Below are positions 18,949 to 29,155 of a DNA stretch of 64,000 nt, piece by piece; the stretch's first letter is position 1; each line of letters starts with the position of its first letter. The stretch covers positions 20,156 through 84,155 of the forward strand of contig JBFXHX010000018.1 in the NCBI GenBank assembly GCA_050176585.1. Direction: 5' to 3'. The notes below the pieces were generated by a model. That model was not told where the DNA came from. It worked only from the letters and a program-made list of their open reading frames with translations, and did no database searches. Position numbers and translations under genes: made by a program. The DNA comes from Candidatus Binatia bacterium. Its GTDB lineage: Bacteria; Desulfobacterota; Binatia; HRBIN30; CADEER01.

Positions 18949-20259
18949 TCAGTCGTAATACTCGAGCCCGAGGTGTGTGATCAGCTCTTCGCCCCGTAGA
19001 TGGCGGAGGGTGTTCTTCAATTTCATCAGCTGAATGAACAGATCGTGCTCGGGATACAGGCCTGGAGCCGTCTGCGGGCTCTTGAAATAGAAGGAGAGCC
19101 ATTCCTGCACCCCATGCATGCCAGCTCGCTGGGCGAGATCGAGGAACAGCGCCAGGTCGAGGACCAGCGGCGCGGCCAGGATCGAATCGCGGCAAAGGAA
19201 ATTCACCTTGATTTGCATGGGGTAGCCAAGCCACCCGAAGACGTCGATGTTGTCCCAGCCCTCTTTGTTGTCGCCGCGGGGCGGGTAGTAGTGGATGCTG
19301 ACGCGGTGGACGTAATCGCCGTACAATTCCGGGTGCAGGTCCTGGCGCAAAATGACGTCGAGCACCGAGAGCTTGCTCTCCTCCTTGGTGCGAAAGGAAG
19401 AAGGCTCGTCGAGTACCTCGCCGTCCCGATTCCCCAGGATGTTGGTCGAGAACCAGCCCTGCAGGCCGAGCATGCGCGCCTTCAGGCCAGGTGCGATGAT
19501 CGTCTTCATCAGCGTCTGGCCGGTTTTGAAGTCCTTCCCGCAGATCGGCACGCCCCGCACCTGCGCCAGCTCGATCATTGCCGGGATGTCGCTGGTCAAG
19601 TTGGGCGCGCCGTTCGCGAACGGGATGCCGAGGCGCAGCGCGGCGTAGGCGTAGAGCATGCTCGGGGCGATGGCGGGGTCGTTGCCTCGCAGACCCGCTT
19701 CGAAGCTGCGCAGACTCCCGTGCACCGGTTCGGGACGGAGGAAGCTCTCTGTGCTGCCGCACCAGATCATCACCAGGCGGTCTGCGCCGGTGCGGGCGCG
19801 GAATGCCTCGATGTCGGCCATCAACTGCTCGGCGAGCGCCATTTTGGTCGCGCCGCTTTTCACGTGCGGGCCGTTCAGCCGCTTCACGTAGTGCGGATCG
19901 AACGCCGCGGGCCAAGGTGACAGGGCCTCGAGCTCGTCGCGCACGCGCCCGAGCAGGGTCGCATCGACCACGCCGGCCTTTAACGCGCTTTGGTAGCAGT
20001 TGTCGGGAAAGATGTCCCAGGCGCCAAAGACCAGATCGTCGAGGCCCGCCAACGGGACAAAGTCGCGAATGAGCGGTGTGCGATTGTCGGTCCGCTTGCC
20101 GAGCCGGATCGTGCCGAGCTGCGTGAGCGACCCGATCGGCCGCGCCAGGCCCTTGCGCGCGAGCTCGACGCCGGCGATCAGCGTCGTGCTGACGGCGCCG
20201 AGGCCGGGTAGTAGAACACCGAGACGACCCTCGGCCGGAGCAATGGGCACCAATGCCAT
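18949..20259 (-). CDS. ino1: Inositol-3-phosphate synthase (myo-inositol-1-phosphate synthase)
   Basis: About 436 aa, bacterial/archaeal MIPS-like. N-terminal Rossmann segment (GVLLPGLGAVSTT), then …MIWCGSTE…FANGAPN…GKDFKTGQTLMKT…. Confidence 0.8.
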   Translation of the reverse strand: MALVPIAPAEGRLGVLLPGLGAVSTTLIAGVELARKGLARPIGSLTQLGTIRLGKRTDNRTPLIRDFVPLAGLDDLVFGAWDIFPDNCYQSALKAGVVDATLLGRVRDELEALSPWPAAFDPHYVKRLNGPHVKSGATKMALAEQLMADIEAFRARTGADRLVMIWCGSTESFLRPEPVHGSLRSFEAGLRGNDPAIAPSMLYAYAALRLGIPFANGAPNLTSDIPAMIELAQVRGVPICGKDFKTGQTLMKTIIAPGLKARMLGLQGWFSTNILGNRDGEVLDEPSSFRTKEESKLSVLDVILRQDLHPELYGDYVHRVSIHYYPPRGDNKEGWDNIDVFGWLGYPMQIKVNFLCRDSILAAPLVLDLALFLDLAQRAGMHGVQEWLSFYFKSPQTAPGLYPEHDLFIQLMKLKNTLRHLRGEELITHLGLEYYD

Positions 20260-20374
20260 GGCGCGAGCTGCTTAGAAGGTTAAGTTCCTCAAGGCAAGGT
20301 AGCGCGCGGAAGCACCTTGACTTGGTCACTGGCTTCGGGAACGGTTCCGCCATGCTCTCGCGGGGTGGGCGACG

Positions 20375-21778
20375 GTGAGGTTGGGCGGCTGGATTCTCGG
20401 CGGTGCGCTCCTCGTGCTCGCACTCGGCTCGGTGTGGTGGCTCAAGCTGGAACCGGAGGGCCCGCAGATCGAGTTCGTTCGGCTACCGGAGTTGGTCGGC
20501 CGCACCATCAGCGGCGAGGTGACGGTGCGCACGCGGGGACGTCCCGGGCTGCGATGGATCGAGGTCAATTTGCTCGCCGGAGGGCAGACGGTGCCACTGT
20601 ACCGCGAAGAGCTGGTGGGCGAGACGGCGCACGCGAACGAGCGCAAGGTGCATTTCGACGCCGACCTATCTACGACCGGCCTGCGCGAGGGACCCGCGGC
20701 GATCGAAGTGGCGGCCGATACGTACGCCTGGCACCTTTTCGGCGGCAATCGCGGCGCGCGCGCGACGCGTGACATCACCGTCGACCTCACGCCACCGCGA
20801 GTCGACCTGTTGACAACCCAGCACAACATGCGGCTCGGCGGCGCCGCGCTCGCCGTGTTCACCGTCACTCCCGACGCGGTCGACGCCGGAGTCGCCGTGG
20901 AGTCGTATTACTTCCCGGCCGTGCGCGGCTATTTCGCGGATGCAAATGCCGCGTTCGCGGTGTTTGCCGTTCCGCAAGATCTCAGCCCGCAAGCGCGCCC
21001 GAAGGTTCGCGCCACCGATGCCGCCGGAAACGCCACGGAAGTGGAGCTGCCGGTCGCGATCAAGGCGCGCCACTTCCCCGAGCGGCAAATGGCGATCGAC
21101 GACGTGTTTTTGCAGCGCAAGGTGCCCGAGATCCTGTCGAAAGTCGGGCGGCCCGTACCCGCCGACCTGCGCGAGGGCTACTTGATCGTGAACCGCGACG
21201 TGCGCCGCGAATCCGAGGAGAAGATCGACGCGATTACCGCGAAGTCCGCGCCCGAACCCCTGTGGACGGGCGCGTTCCGCCGCCAGTCCAACGCCGCGCC
21301 GATGAGCGCCTTCGCCGATCGCCGCTTCTACGTCTACAAGGGCGAGACCATCGATCGCCAGACGCACCTCGGGTACGACCTGGCGTCGTTGAAACGCGCT
21401 CCGGTCGAAGCGACGCAGACCGGCACGGTGGTGTTTGCCGGCTACCTCGGCATTTACGGCGACAGCGTCGTGATCGATCACGGTCTCGGCGTATTCTCCC
21501 TCTACGGTCACCTGAGCAGTATTGGCGTACGCGAGGGGCAGACCGTGCAAGTCGGGGAGCCGATCGGACAGACCGGTGAATCCGGGCTCGCGGGAGGCGA
21601 TCATCTGCATTTTTCGATCGTCCTACGCGGCACCCACGTCGATCCCGTGGAGTGGTGGGACCCGCTGTGGATGCGCGACCACATCGAGCGCCCCCTGGCG
21701 AGCTTGCCTGCGGCGAAGGCGGCGCAAGCGGCCGCGCCTCCCGCTGCCGAGGCCAGCGATGGCGAAGGCCAGCGCTGA
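20375..21778 (+). CDS. M23-family metallopeptidase with an N-terminal membrane anchor
   Basis: GTG start and a TM segment (GGWILGGALLVLALGSVWW). LytM motifs: HLGYD…DHGLGVFSLYGHLS…GESGLAGGDHLHF. Confidence 0.85.
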   Translation: MRLGGWILGGALLVLALGSVWWLKLEPEGPQIEFVRLPELVGRTISGEVTVRTRGRPGLRWIEVNLLAGGQTVPLYREELVGETAHANERKVHFDADLSTTGLREGPAAIEVAADTYAWHLFGGNRGARATRDITVDLTPPRVDLLTTQHNMRLGGAALAVFTVTPDAVDAGVAVESYYFPAVRGYFADANAAFAVFAVPQDLSPQARPKVRATDAAGNATEVELPVAIKARHFPERQMAIDDVFLQRKVPEILSKVGRPVPADLREGYLIVNRDVRRESEEKIDAITAKSAPEPLWTGAFRRQSNAAPMSAFADRRFYVYKGETIDRQTHLGYDLASLKRAPVEATQTGTVVFAGYLGIYGDSVVIDHGLGVFSLYGHLSSIGVREGQTVQVGEPIGQTGESGLAGGDHLHFSIVLRGTHVDPVEWWDPLWMRDHIERPLASLPAAKAAQAAAPPAAEASDGEGQR

Positions 21779-22940
21779 AGATTCGCAAGCGGCGGGCGAG
21801 CGCCGGCTCGCAGAGTGGGGCGTCGCGCCCGAGGCGGACCCGCAAGCGCTGGGCCCGTGGATTGGACGAGATGCGCTGGCGGATCTCGCCATCGCCGCGC
21901 GCCTGGGCGCCATTGCCACCGAGACCAGCGCGCGGGTCCTCCAGGACCTGATGAGCCGCGCCGGCGAGAAGCGAGTCCGCCGGGAGGCCAAGCGAGCGCT
22001 GTATCGCCTCGAGCAACGCGGGGTCGCGATCCCGCGCGCGGCGGAAGCGGCTGCGCCCGCTGCGCCGCTGCTGGCGCCAACCATCGAGGGCTGGGCTTCG
22101 CCGGTCGACGGTCATGGCGACCAGCTCCTGTGGCTCGGCCGCCCGCAACCCGGGGGAGTCGTGCACCTGTTCGGGATCGCAAACGACCCCGCCGGACTGC
22201 GCGAGGTGGCCCTGCACACCATCACGCGCAAGGCGCTGCGCGCGCTGCGGGCGGAGCTCGAACGAAAGAACCAGGTGAAGCTGGTGGAGATGGACTGGCG
22301 CCACGTCGATTTCGTGCTCCATCGAGCCTTTGGGTGGGCGCGCGAACACGGCACGCGGATGGAGGGCGACTATCCCGCGCTGCGCGCGCAGTTCAGCCGC
22401 CAAGCGCCGTTCGAGAGCGAGCCGCCGGGACAACGCGACGGACTCGAGGCGGCACTGGTCAGCGCGCCGCAAGCGTTGACCCAGTCCGCGGAGCTCCTGT
22501 CAGAGCCGGAATTCCGCACCTGGTTTCGCTCCGCGGAGGAGCTCAAGCCGTTTCTCGACGAGCTCGCAGCGGTGCGGGACAGCCCGCTGGTGCTGAACGC
22601 GGCCCAGCAACAAGAGCGGTACGAGCAGATCACCGCGCGCGCCATCGAGAGCGTGTTCGGCGGCGCCCACCGCGATTCCTGGTCGCGGCGCTTGGCGGAG
22701 ATGGCGACCTACCTGGCGGCGTCAGGCCGCCGGCAGCAATCGGCACAGGCGTTCGCAGTTGCACGGGCTTTGGCGGAAAACGGCGCGCCACGTGACCTGC
22801 CGTTCTGCAGCCAACTCGGGCGCATCAGCCTCACATTCTTTTTTCAGCAGGCCGTCCAAGACGACCAAGAGCGCCAGCGTTCCTCGCTGGTGCTCACGCC
22901 GCAGGAAGCACTGCGCCAGCGGCAGCGCGAGCGGCGCTAG
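21759..22940 (+). CDS. Hypothetical cytoplasmic protein (393 aa)
   Basis: In-frame ATG at 21759 overlaps the M23 gene end by 20 nt. Codons are GC3-rich. No family recognised. Confidence 0.6.
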   Translation: MAKASAEDSQAAGERRLAEWGVAPEADPQALGPWIGRDALADLAIAARLGAIATETSARVLQDLMSRAGEKRVRREAKRALYRLEQRGVAIPRAAEAAAPAAPLLAPTIEGWASPVDGHGDQLLWLGRPQPGGVVHLFGIANDPAGLREVALHTITRKALRALRAELERKNQVKLVEMDWRHVDFVLHRAFGWAREHGTRMEGDYPALRAQFSRQAPFESEPPGQRDGLEAALVSAPQALTQSAELLSEPEFRTWFRSAEELKPFLDELAAVRDSPLVLNAAQQQERYEQITARAIESVFGGAHRDSWSRRLAEMATYLAASGRRQQSAQAFAVARALAENGAPRDLPFCSQLGRISLTFFFQQAVQDDQERQRSSLVLTPQEALRQRQRERR

Positions 22941-22943
22941 CCG

Positions 22944-23690
22944 TCAGAGCTCGACCGCGAGCCCGTCGCGGGCGAGCTCGGCGTCGATCTCGTGGCGACG
23001 CGCCAGCACCTCGCGGCCTACGTGCGAGAGAATCAGCCGCCGACACCCAAAGCGCGCGCGGTGCTCCGCGATGCGCGGATAGTCGAGGTGAAAAGACGTA
23101 CGCGTTTCGTAATAGCAGCACTCGCAGATGAACAGATCCGCGCCTTGCGACTGTTCCACCAACACCTCGGTCCACCCCGTATCGCCCGAGTACACCACCA
23201 CCTTGCCGTCCACGGTCGCGCGCACGCCGAGGGACGTCTCGGTCTCCTGGTGCGGCACCACGAACGGGAGGAGCTGCACCGGGCCCACCGCCGTGGATTG
23301 CCCGCCGCCCACCTCGACGTAGCGGACCTCGTACGGGAGGGGTTTGCTGGCCAGGTCCCGGTACATGGCGCGAAACAGCGCGTTCACGCGCTCCTCCGTG
23401 CCCGGTGGGCCGACGATGGTCACCGGCCGCTGCCGCGGTGTTTCGTAGTTCCAACTCAAGAATAGAAACGGCAAGCCCGAGAAGTGGTCGCCGTGTAAAT
23501 GGCTGACGAAGACCGCGTCCAGCGCCTCGACCGGCAAGCCGTCGCGCTTCATCGCGAGCAGCGCCGAGGAGCCGCAGTCGAGCAAGATCGAATACGCCGG
23601 CGCGCTCACTAAATAACTCGCATGACAGCGGCCGCTGGCGTTGAACGCGTCACCCGTACCGAGGAACCGAACCGTGACACCCACTGTCAC
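22944..23690 (-). CDS. MBL-fold metallo-hydrolase (RNase Z/PhnP-like)
   Basis: FLGTGDAF…LLDCG…HLHGDH motif set. GTG start. Confidence 0.8.
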   Translation of the reverse strand: MTVGVTVRFLGTGDAFNASGRCHASYLVSAPAYSILLDCGSSALLAMKRDGLPVEALDAVFVSHLHGDHFSGLPFLFLSWNYETPRQRPVTIVGPPGTEERVNALFRAMYRDLASKPLPYEVRYVEVGGGQSTAVGPVQLLPFVVPHQETETSLGVRATVDGKVVVYSGDTGWTEVLVEQSQGADLFICECCYYETRTSFHLDYPRIAEHRARFGCRRLILSHVGREVLARRHEIDAELARDGLAVEL

Positions 23691-23767
23691 CCCTTCGCTG
23701 CGGCGCTTCGCGCCCGTCGACCGCTCGGCGGATTATTGCCTGTGCGGACCGACATACCAAGCCCTCT

Positions 23768-26700
23768 TCACCGCACCGGTGGGCGGGCGAGACGGCCGAG
23801 TTCACGCATCACGACCAGGAGCGCTGGCAGGCTCGGCTGTGGAGCGGCTTTTGAGTCGCTGACCAGGCGCAGCACCATCTCGATTTGCTCGCGGCGCGCC
23901 GCTGCATAGGCAGCGAAGCACTCCGCGACGCTGCGCCCGGGCACGCAGTCCGCCAGGACGTCGCGAGTGATCTGCCGCCTCGCCTGGCGCAGGCCGTCAA
24001 GCAGGACAGCGGCCGCGCGCGGCTCCCACCGGTCCTCGCCGCCGAACGCACCCGGCAGCGCCTTGCGTACCCAGTTCAGCTCCAAAGACGCCCCGATCTC
24101 CCCATAGGCCTCGGCGGCAAGGCGGAGCGGCACTCCCGCGATCGCGCCGATGTGCGCGATCTCGAGCGCCTCCGCGAGCGCGGTTACTTTCGCCAGCCGC
24201 TCGGCCAATGAAACCGGCACGGCGGCCTCGGTGAGCGCGCGTACTTCGGCCAGATAGGTGGCGCGTTCACCAGGGCCGAGCCAGTCCGGCCAGGCGGCGA
24301 GCACTGTCCGGGTAGGATCGCTCCATCGCCACAACAGAGCCGTCAGCGACTCGCTGCTGGGGTGCATGTCGGCGAGCCACAGCACCGCGCGCTCGAGCGC
24401 GCTCTCGAGCGCGAACGCGCAGCGTTGATCGGCTTCGGCAGGCAGTGTGGCGCGCGCGTCTCCGAGCTCGCGATCCAACGCGTCACCCTCCGCGAGTCGA
24501 TGTGCGACCACCCAGAGCCCGACCAGCTCCGGCACACCGCGGCCGGTATCGCGCGCCGCGCGTACGAGGAAGGTCATGCCCATCTGGTCCACGAGCTGTC
24601 CGGCCAACTGCACCGCGATGATCTCCCGGCGCAGAGGATGCCCGAGCACGGCCTCCGGAAACCGGGTGGCGAACTCGTGAGGAAAATACGCGCTCAGCAC
24701 CTGTTCCAGCTCGGGATCGTCGCACAACCGGGAGTGCAGCAGCCGCTTGCGCAGGTCGAGCTTGGTCGCGGCCAGTAGGACCGCGAGCTCGGGGCGGGTG
24801 AGGCCGAGGTAGATCCCGCGGCGCAGCCGCAGTGTCTCGCGCGTGGGGAGGTATGCGAGCTGCCGGTCGAAAGCCGCGTCTGTTTCCAAGCGACCGAGCA
24901 GATCGCGGAAGTCGGCCAGTCGGGTGCGCGAGCGCACATGGTCGAGGCTCAGCGCGCGCGCCTGGCTGCGATTGTGCGCGAGCACGGCCTCCATCACCGG
25001 GGCGGACAGGTCGCGCAGGATTCGGTTGCGCTCCCCGGCGCCGAGCGCGCCGCTCGCGACGACCGGTCGCAGCGCGATCTTGAGGTTCACCTCGTGGTCC
25101 GAACAATCCACACCGCCGGAGTTGTCGATCGCATCGGTGTTGATGCGCCCGCCCCCGAGGGCGTACTCCACGCGGCCCCGTTGGGTGACGCCGAGATTGC
25201 CGCCTTCCAGAACGACCGCCGCGCCGAGCGCGCTGGCGTCAACGCGGACCGCGTCATTGGCGGGATCGCCCACCTCGGCATGCGTCTCGTCGCTCGCTTT
25301 CACATATGTGCCGATGCCGCCGTTCCACAAGAGGTCGACCTTGAGTCGCAGGATGGCGCGGACCACGCTTTCCCCCGACGGCGCCGGTTCGGCCAGCCCC
25401 AGCAGGGCACGGGCCTCTGCCGACAGCGGAATTTCTTTTGCGGCGCGCGCGTACACCCCGCCGCCGGCGCTCAGCGCATCTTTCGCGTAGTCCGCCCAAC
25501 TCGAGCGCGGCAAATCGAACAGTCGTTGGCGCTCCCGGTAGGCGCGCTCGGGGTCGGGATCCGGGTCGACGAAGACGTGCCGGTGATCGAAGGCGCCGAG
25601 CAGCCGGATGCGCGAGGAGAGCAGCAAGCCGTTGCCGAACACGTCCCCGCTCATGTCCCCGATGCCGATCGCGGTGACCTCTTCGCGGTCGAGATCGCGA
25701 CCCATCTCGCGAAAGTGGTGACGCGCGCATTCCCAGGCGCCGCGCGCCGTGATGCCGAGCTTCTTGTGGTCGTAACCGGTACTGCCGCCGGAGGCGAAGG
25801 CATCACCGAGCCAGAAGCCGCGTGCTGCGGCGCGCGCGTTCGCGAGGTCGGAGAACGCGGCGGTGCCCTTGTCGGCCGCTACGACGAGGTACGGGTCAGG
25901 GTGGTCGTACATGATCAGGCCGTGCGGCGGCCCGGGTCGGGCGCTCTCTACGTTGTCCGTGATCGACAAGAGGGCGTCGATGAACGCGCGGTACGCGGCT
26001 TGGATGCGCTCGGCACTCGCCACGGCGCCGTCGCGCAGGCCTTTCAGGATGAACCCACCCTTTGCGCCGACCGGAACGATTACGGCGTTCTTCACCACCT
26101 GCGTACGCATCAGGCCGAGGATCTCGGTGCGGAAGTCATCCGGACGATCGCTGTAGCGGATGCCCCCGCGCGCCACCCGGCCGCTGCGTAGGTGAATGCC
26201 TTGCATGCCCACGGCGTGTACCCAGGTCTCCACCAGCGGCGTCGGTGGTGGCAGCGCGGTCAGGCGAGTCGCATCGAACTTCAGGACAATCGGCTCGCCA
26301 CGCACGCGGGCATACACGTTCGTGCGCACGGTCGCCGCAATTGCATTCGCGAAGGCGCGCAGGATGCGGTCGTCCGTCAAGCTCGGCACTGCCGCCAGGC
26401 CGTCGGTGAAGACGCGCTCAGCCTCCGCCACGGGTCCGTTGAGGCGCTCGCCGGCGGCGAGAGCGGAGGCGTGCGGATCGAACTTTGCCGCGAACAGCGC
26501 GAACAAATGCCCGGCCGACGCCGGATTCGCCGTGAGCGCGTCTTGCAGCGTGTGCCGGTGCCCGATGCCGATCTGCCGGGCGTGCTCGAGGACCGCGCGG
26601 AGCACATCGACCGCGTGCCACTCGAGCCCCGCCGCGAGCACCAGGGTGTTCAACCGATCGTCATCGACCTCGCCATTGCGCACCGCGTGCACGGTGGCCA

Positions 26701-28585
26701 CGATGCGCGGCGCCGCTTGCGCGAGGTCCGCACCCCCAGCGGCCGTCGGCTCCACCGCGAAGTTGTGGATCGCGACCCGCCGCTCCAGTGCCGGCAGTTC
26801 GATGATGTCCTGCCCGAGCACCCGGAGGCCGAGGTGCTCGAGCACGGGCACGAAGTCGCTGAGCGCGAGCACCTCGTTCCCCAGGTACAGGCGCAATGCG
26901 GCGGCGCCGGCGTGCGGCGACACCAGCTCGATCTGCGTCTGTCCGGTCGCCAGCAGCGCTTCGATGCGCGCGACATCGTGTGCGGCGTCGACGACGTCGG
27001 TCGCGGCCTTGTACGCCGGCGGAAACACCGCGGCGTAGCGCGCGGCCGATCGCTCCGCCGCATCCGCGGGAAGCGTGCGTGAGAGCACCTCGCGCAAGCC
27101 CTCGTCCCAGGTGCGGAGGAGGCTGCTCACGGCGTCGCGCAAGGCTTCGACCGGCAGCGCACCAGTCCGCTGGTCGTCCGCGGCGACGTAGTAATGAAGC
27201 CGCGCCATCAGGCGATCGTCCAACGCGAGGTGGGCATGGAGCACGGCGCCGCCCATGATCTGCGCGACCGCGGCGGTGATGCGCGCGTGCAAGTCGGTCG
27301 AGAACCGCGCGCGCGGCACCACCACGTGCACGAAGATGCCGCGGCCGACCGCATCGCGGCGGGCGTGGACCTCGAGCTCCTCTTCGGCCTCGGCGCGCCG
27401 GATGGCTCGTATCGCTGCGTGAATGTCCGCCGCCCGGCTGGCGAAAAGCTCTTCGCGCGGAAAGCTGTTGTAGAGCGCCTCCAGATCTCGGTAATCGTGA
27501 GAGTCGAAGACGACGCCCTCCCGCCGCAAGATGGCGGTGAAGATCTGGCGCAAGATCGGCGTTGCGCTGGCCGGGTCCGCGTAGGCCTTGGCCGTGAAGA
27601 GTCCGAGCAGACGCCGAACTCCGATGACCGTGCCGGCGGCATCGACCTCTTTGAGCGCGATATCGTCCATACGCACCGGGCGGTGCACGGGGCTGATCGC
27701 ATTCGTTTTCGAGACGAGGGCGAGCTGGGGCGCGTCGACCCGGCTTTGTAGGGCAGGGCCGAGCGGTTGTTCCGTCGCGAAGCGCGACCGCCCGGCATCG
27801 CGCAAGATGCCGAGCCCTGTTTCGCGCCGCACGGCGGCGAGCCGCTGCGCGTCGGCGCCGCGCAGGTCGTACTCGCGGTAGCCGAGGAACACGAAGCGCC
27901 TGTCGGCGAGCCACTCCAACCACTGGACAGTCTCGGCGCGCTGCGGCTCCCAGCCCTCCGGCAGCGGCTGCGCCCGCATGTCAGCCGTAATCTCGGCCAG
28001 CCGCCGCCGCATCGGCGCGTAGTCGTCCGTGGCCGCGATGAGATCGCGCAATCGGGCGGTAATCCGCCGCTCGAGAGCCGCCGACGGCGGCAGCCCGGCG
28101 ACTTCCAGATGCAAAAACGATTCGCGCCGCGCATAGGCATCCGCCGGGCCCACCCGCAACGGAGCGCCGTCGCGCTCGCGTTCGACGCCGAGAATCGGGT
28201 GGCGGAGCAGGTGGATCACCCCGCCTTCGCTCTCGATCACTTCGGTCAGGGTGTCGACGATGAACGGGCGGTCGTCCAGCGCGGTTTGGACCACGGTGCG
28301 CTCGCCCGTCCAGCCATTGCGGTCCCGATCGGGCACGAACACGCGGACGGAAAAGGGTGCGTGGCCGCGCGCGCGGAAGAACCGAAACGCATCCACCGCC
28401 AGCGCGACGAGCATCGACCGGTCCACCGCATTCAGGAGATCGGCCGCCCTCGCAAAGAGCTCGCGCGCGAACCCTTCCGCAGGCTCCTGTTGTTCCGCGG
28501 GTAACCGGCTGCGGATCTCCGCCAGCAAACGAGCGAGCGCAGGCGGCTCAGTCGGTTTGGCCAGTGCCTTCTTGGACCGAGTCAT
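23768..28585 (-). CDS. gdhB: Large NAD-specific glutamate dehydrogenase (about 1600-aa class)
   Basis: 1605 aa. Catalytic block …RGGIRYSDRPDDFRTEILGLMRTQVVKNAVIVPVGAKGGF…, typical of the 180-kDa NAD-GDH family. Confidence 0.9.
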   Translation of the reverse strand: MTRSKKALAKPTEPPALARLLAEIRSRLPAEQQEPAEGFARELFARAADLLNAVDRSMLVALAVDAFRFFRARGHAPFSVRVFVPDRDRNGWTGERTVVQTALDDRPFIVDTLTEVIESEGGVIHLLRHPILGVERERDGAPLRVGPADAYARRESFLHLEVAGLPPSAALERRITARLRDLIAATDDYAPMRRRLAEITADMRAQPLPEGWEPQRAETVQWLEWLADRRFVFLGYREYDLRGADAQRLAAVRRETGLGILRDAGRSRFATEQPLGPALQSRVDAPQLALVSKTNAISPVHRPVRMDDIALKEVDAAGTVIGVRRLLGLFTAKAYADPASATPILRQIFTAILRREGVVFDSHDYRDLEALYNSFPREELFASRAADIHAAIRAIRRAEAEEELEVHARRDAVGRGIFVHVVVPRARFSTDLHARITAAVAQIMGGAVLHAHLALDDRLMARLHYYVAADDQRTGALPVEALRDAVSSLLRTWDEGLREVLSRTLPADAAERSAARYAAVFPPAYKAATDVVDAAHDVARIEALLATGQTQIELVSPHAGAAALRLYLGNEVLALSDFVPVLEHLGLRVLGQDIIELPALERRVAIHNFAVEPTAAGGADLAQAAPRIVATVHAVRNGEVDDDRLNTLVLAAGLEWHAVDVLRAVLEHARQIGIGHRHTLQDALTANPASAGHLFALFAAKFDPHASALAAGERLNGPVAEAERVFTDGLAAVPSLTDDRILRAFANAIAATVRTNVYARVRGEPIVLKFDATRLTALPPPTPLVETWVHAVGMQGIHLRSGRVARGGIRYSDRPDDFRTEILGLMRTQVVKNAVIVPVGAKGGFILKGLRDGAVASAERIQAAYRAFIDALLSITDNVESARPGPPHGLIMYDHPDPYLVVAADKGTAAFSDLANARAAARGFWLGDAFASGGSTGYDHKKLGITARGAWECARHHFREMGRDLDREEVTAIGIGDMSGDVFGNGLLLSSRIRLLGAFDHRHVFVDPDPDPERAYRERQRLFDLPRSSWADYAKDALSAGGGVYARAAKEIPLSAEARALLGLAEPAPSGESVVRAILRLKVDLLWNGGIGTYVKASDETHAEVGDPANDAVRVDASALGAAVVLEGGNLGVTQRGRVEYALGGGRINTDAIDNSGGVDCSDHEVNLKIALRPVVASGALGAGERNRILRDLSAPVMEAVLAHNRSQARALSLDHVRSRTRLADFRDLLGRLETDAAFDRQLAYLPTRETLRLRRGIYLGLTRPELAVLLAATKLDLRKRLLHSRLCDDPELEQVLSAYFPHEFATRFPEAVLGHPLRREIIAVQLAGQLVDQMGMTFLVRAARDTGRGVPELVGLWVVAHRLAEGDALDRELGDARATLPAEADQRCAFALESALERAVLWLADMHPSSESLTALLWRWSDPTRTVLAAWPDWLGPGERATYLAEVRALTEAAVPVSLAERLAKVTALAEALEIAHIGAIAGVPLRLAAEAYGEIGASLELNWVRKALPGAFGGEDRWEPRAAAVLLDGLRQARRQITRDVLADCVPGRSVAECFAAYAAARREQIEMVLRLVSDSKAAPQPSLPALLVVMRELGRLARPPVR

Positions 28586-28603
28586 CGGGATGGCCGGCAG
28601 GCG

Positions 28604-29059
28604 CTACTCGAGCTGCGTCGACACCTCGAAGCACCACTGCTCGCCCATCGGACGCCACCCGAGCCTGGCCAGAAACGCGCGGCCAGGCTCGTCCAAGCCG
28701 CCATCGCCATGCGTGAGCCAGCGGCAGCGGCGCGCACGAGCACGCGCCGCGGCGAGCGCCGCGAGGCCCCGGCCGACGCCACGGCCACGCGCGTCTGGCG
28801 TGACCAGCAACAGCTCGAGCGTCGCTCGTTGTCCCTCCACGAGATGGCGCGCGTAGGTCAGGTGGACCACCCCGACCAGGTGCTCATCCATGGTGGCGAC
28901 GTAGAGATCGCCGCCCAAGTCGGCGACGATTCGCCGGAAGCGGCTCCGATCGGCACGCCGCTCGGCGTTCGCCGCGAAACCGGCTGCATTGAGCAACGCA
29001 AAGATGGCGTCGCAGTCACTGCGCTGCGCGCGGCGGTAGCGGATGGGCCGCAGGTGCAT
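28604..29059 (-). CDS. GNAT-family N-acetyltransferase
   Basis: This is only the last 151 codons of the 394-aa track ORF. GGAGG SD before ATG 29059. Acetyl-CoA motif: VTPDARGRGVGRGL. Confidence 0.8.
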   Translation of the reverse strand: MHLRPIRYRRAQRSDCDAIFALLNAAGFAANAERRADRSRFRRIVADLGGDLYVATMDEHLVGVVHLTYARHLVEGQRATLELLLVTPDARGRGVGRGLAALAAARARARRCRWLTHGDGGLDEPGRAFLARLGWRPMGEQWCFEVSTQLE

Positions 29060-29155
29060 GCCTCCGCCTCTATCATACGCGGTGCACTCGCCCAGCCGCC
29101 TGCAGTGTGCGCGGGGCCTGTACGATCCACAGCCCACCTGTGCTAGCGCCTCGGA

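Noticed and set aside
21522-21758. Upstream extension of the hypothetical protein (track start 21522)
   Set aside because: This segment is an alternative frame of the M23 catalytic-domain coding region. The in-frame ATG at 21759 gives a plausible coupled start.
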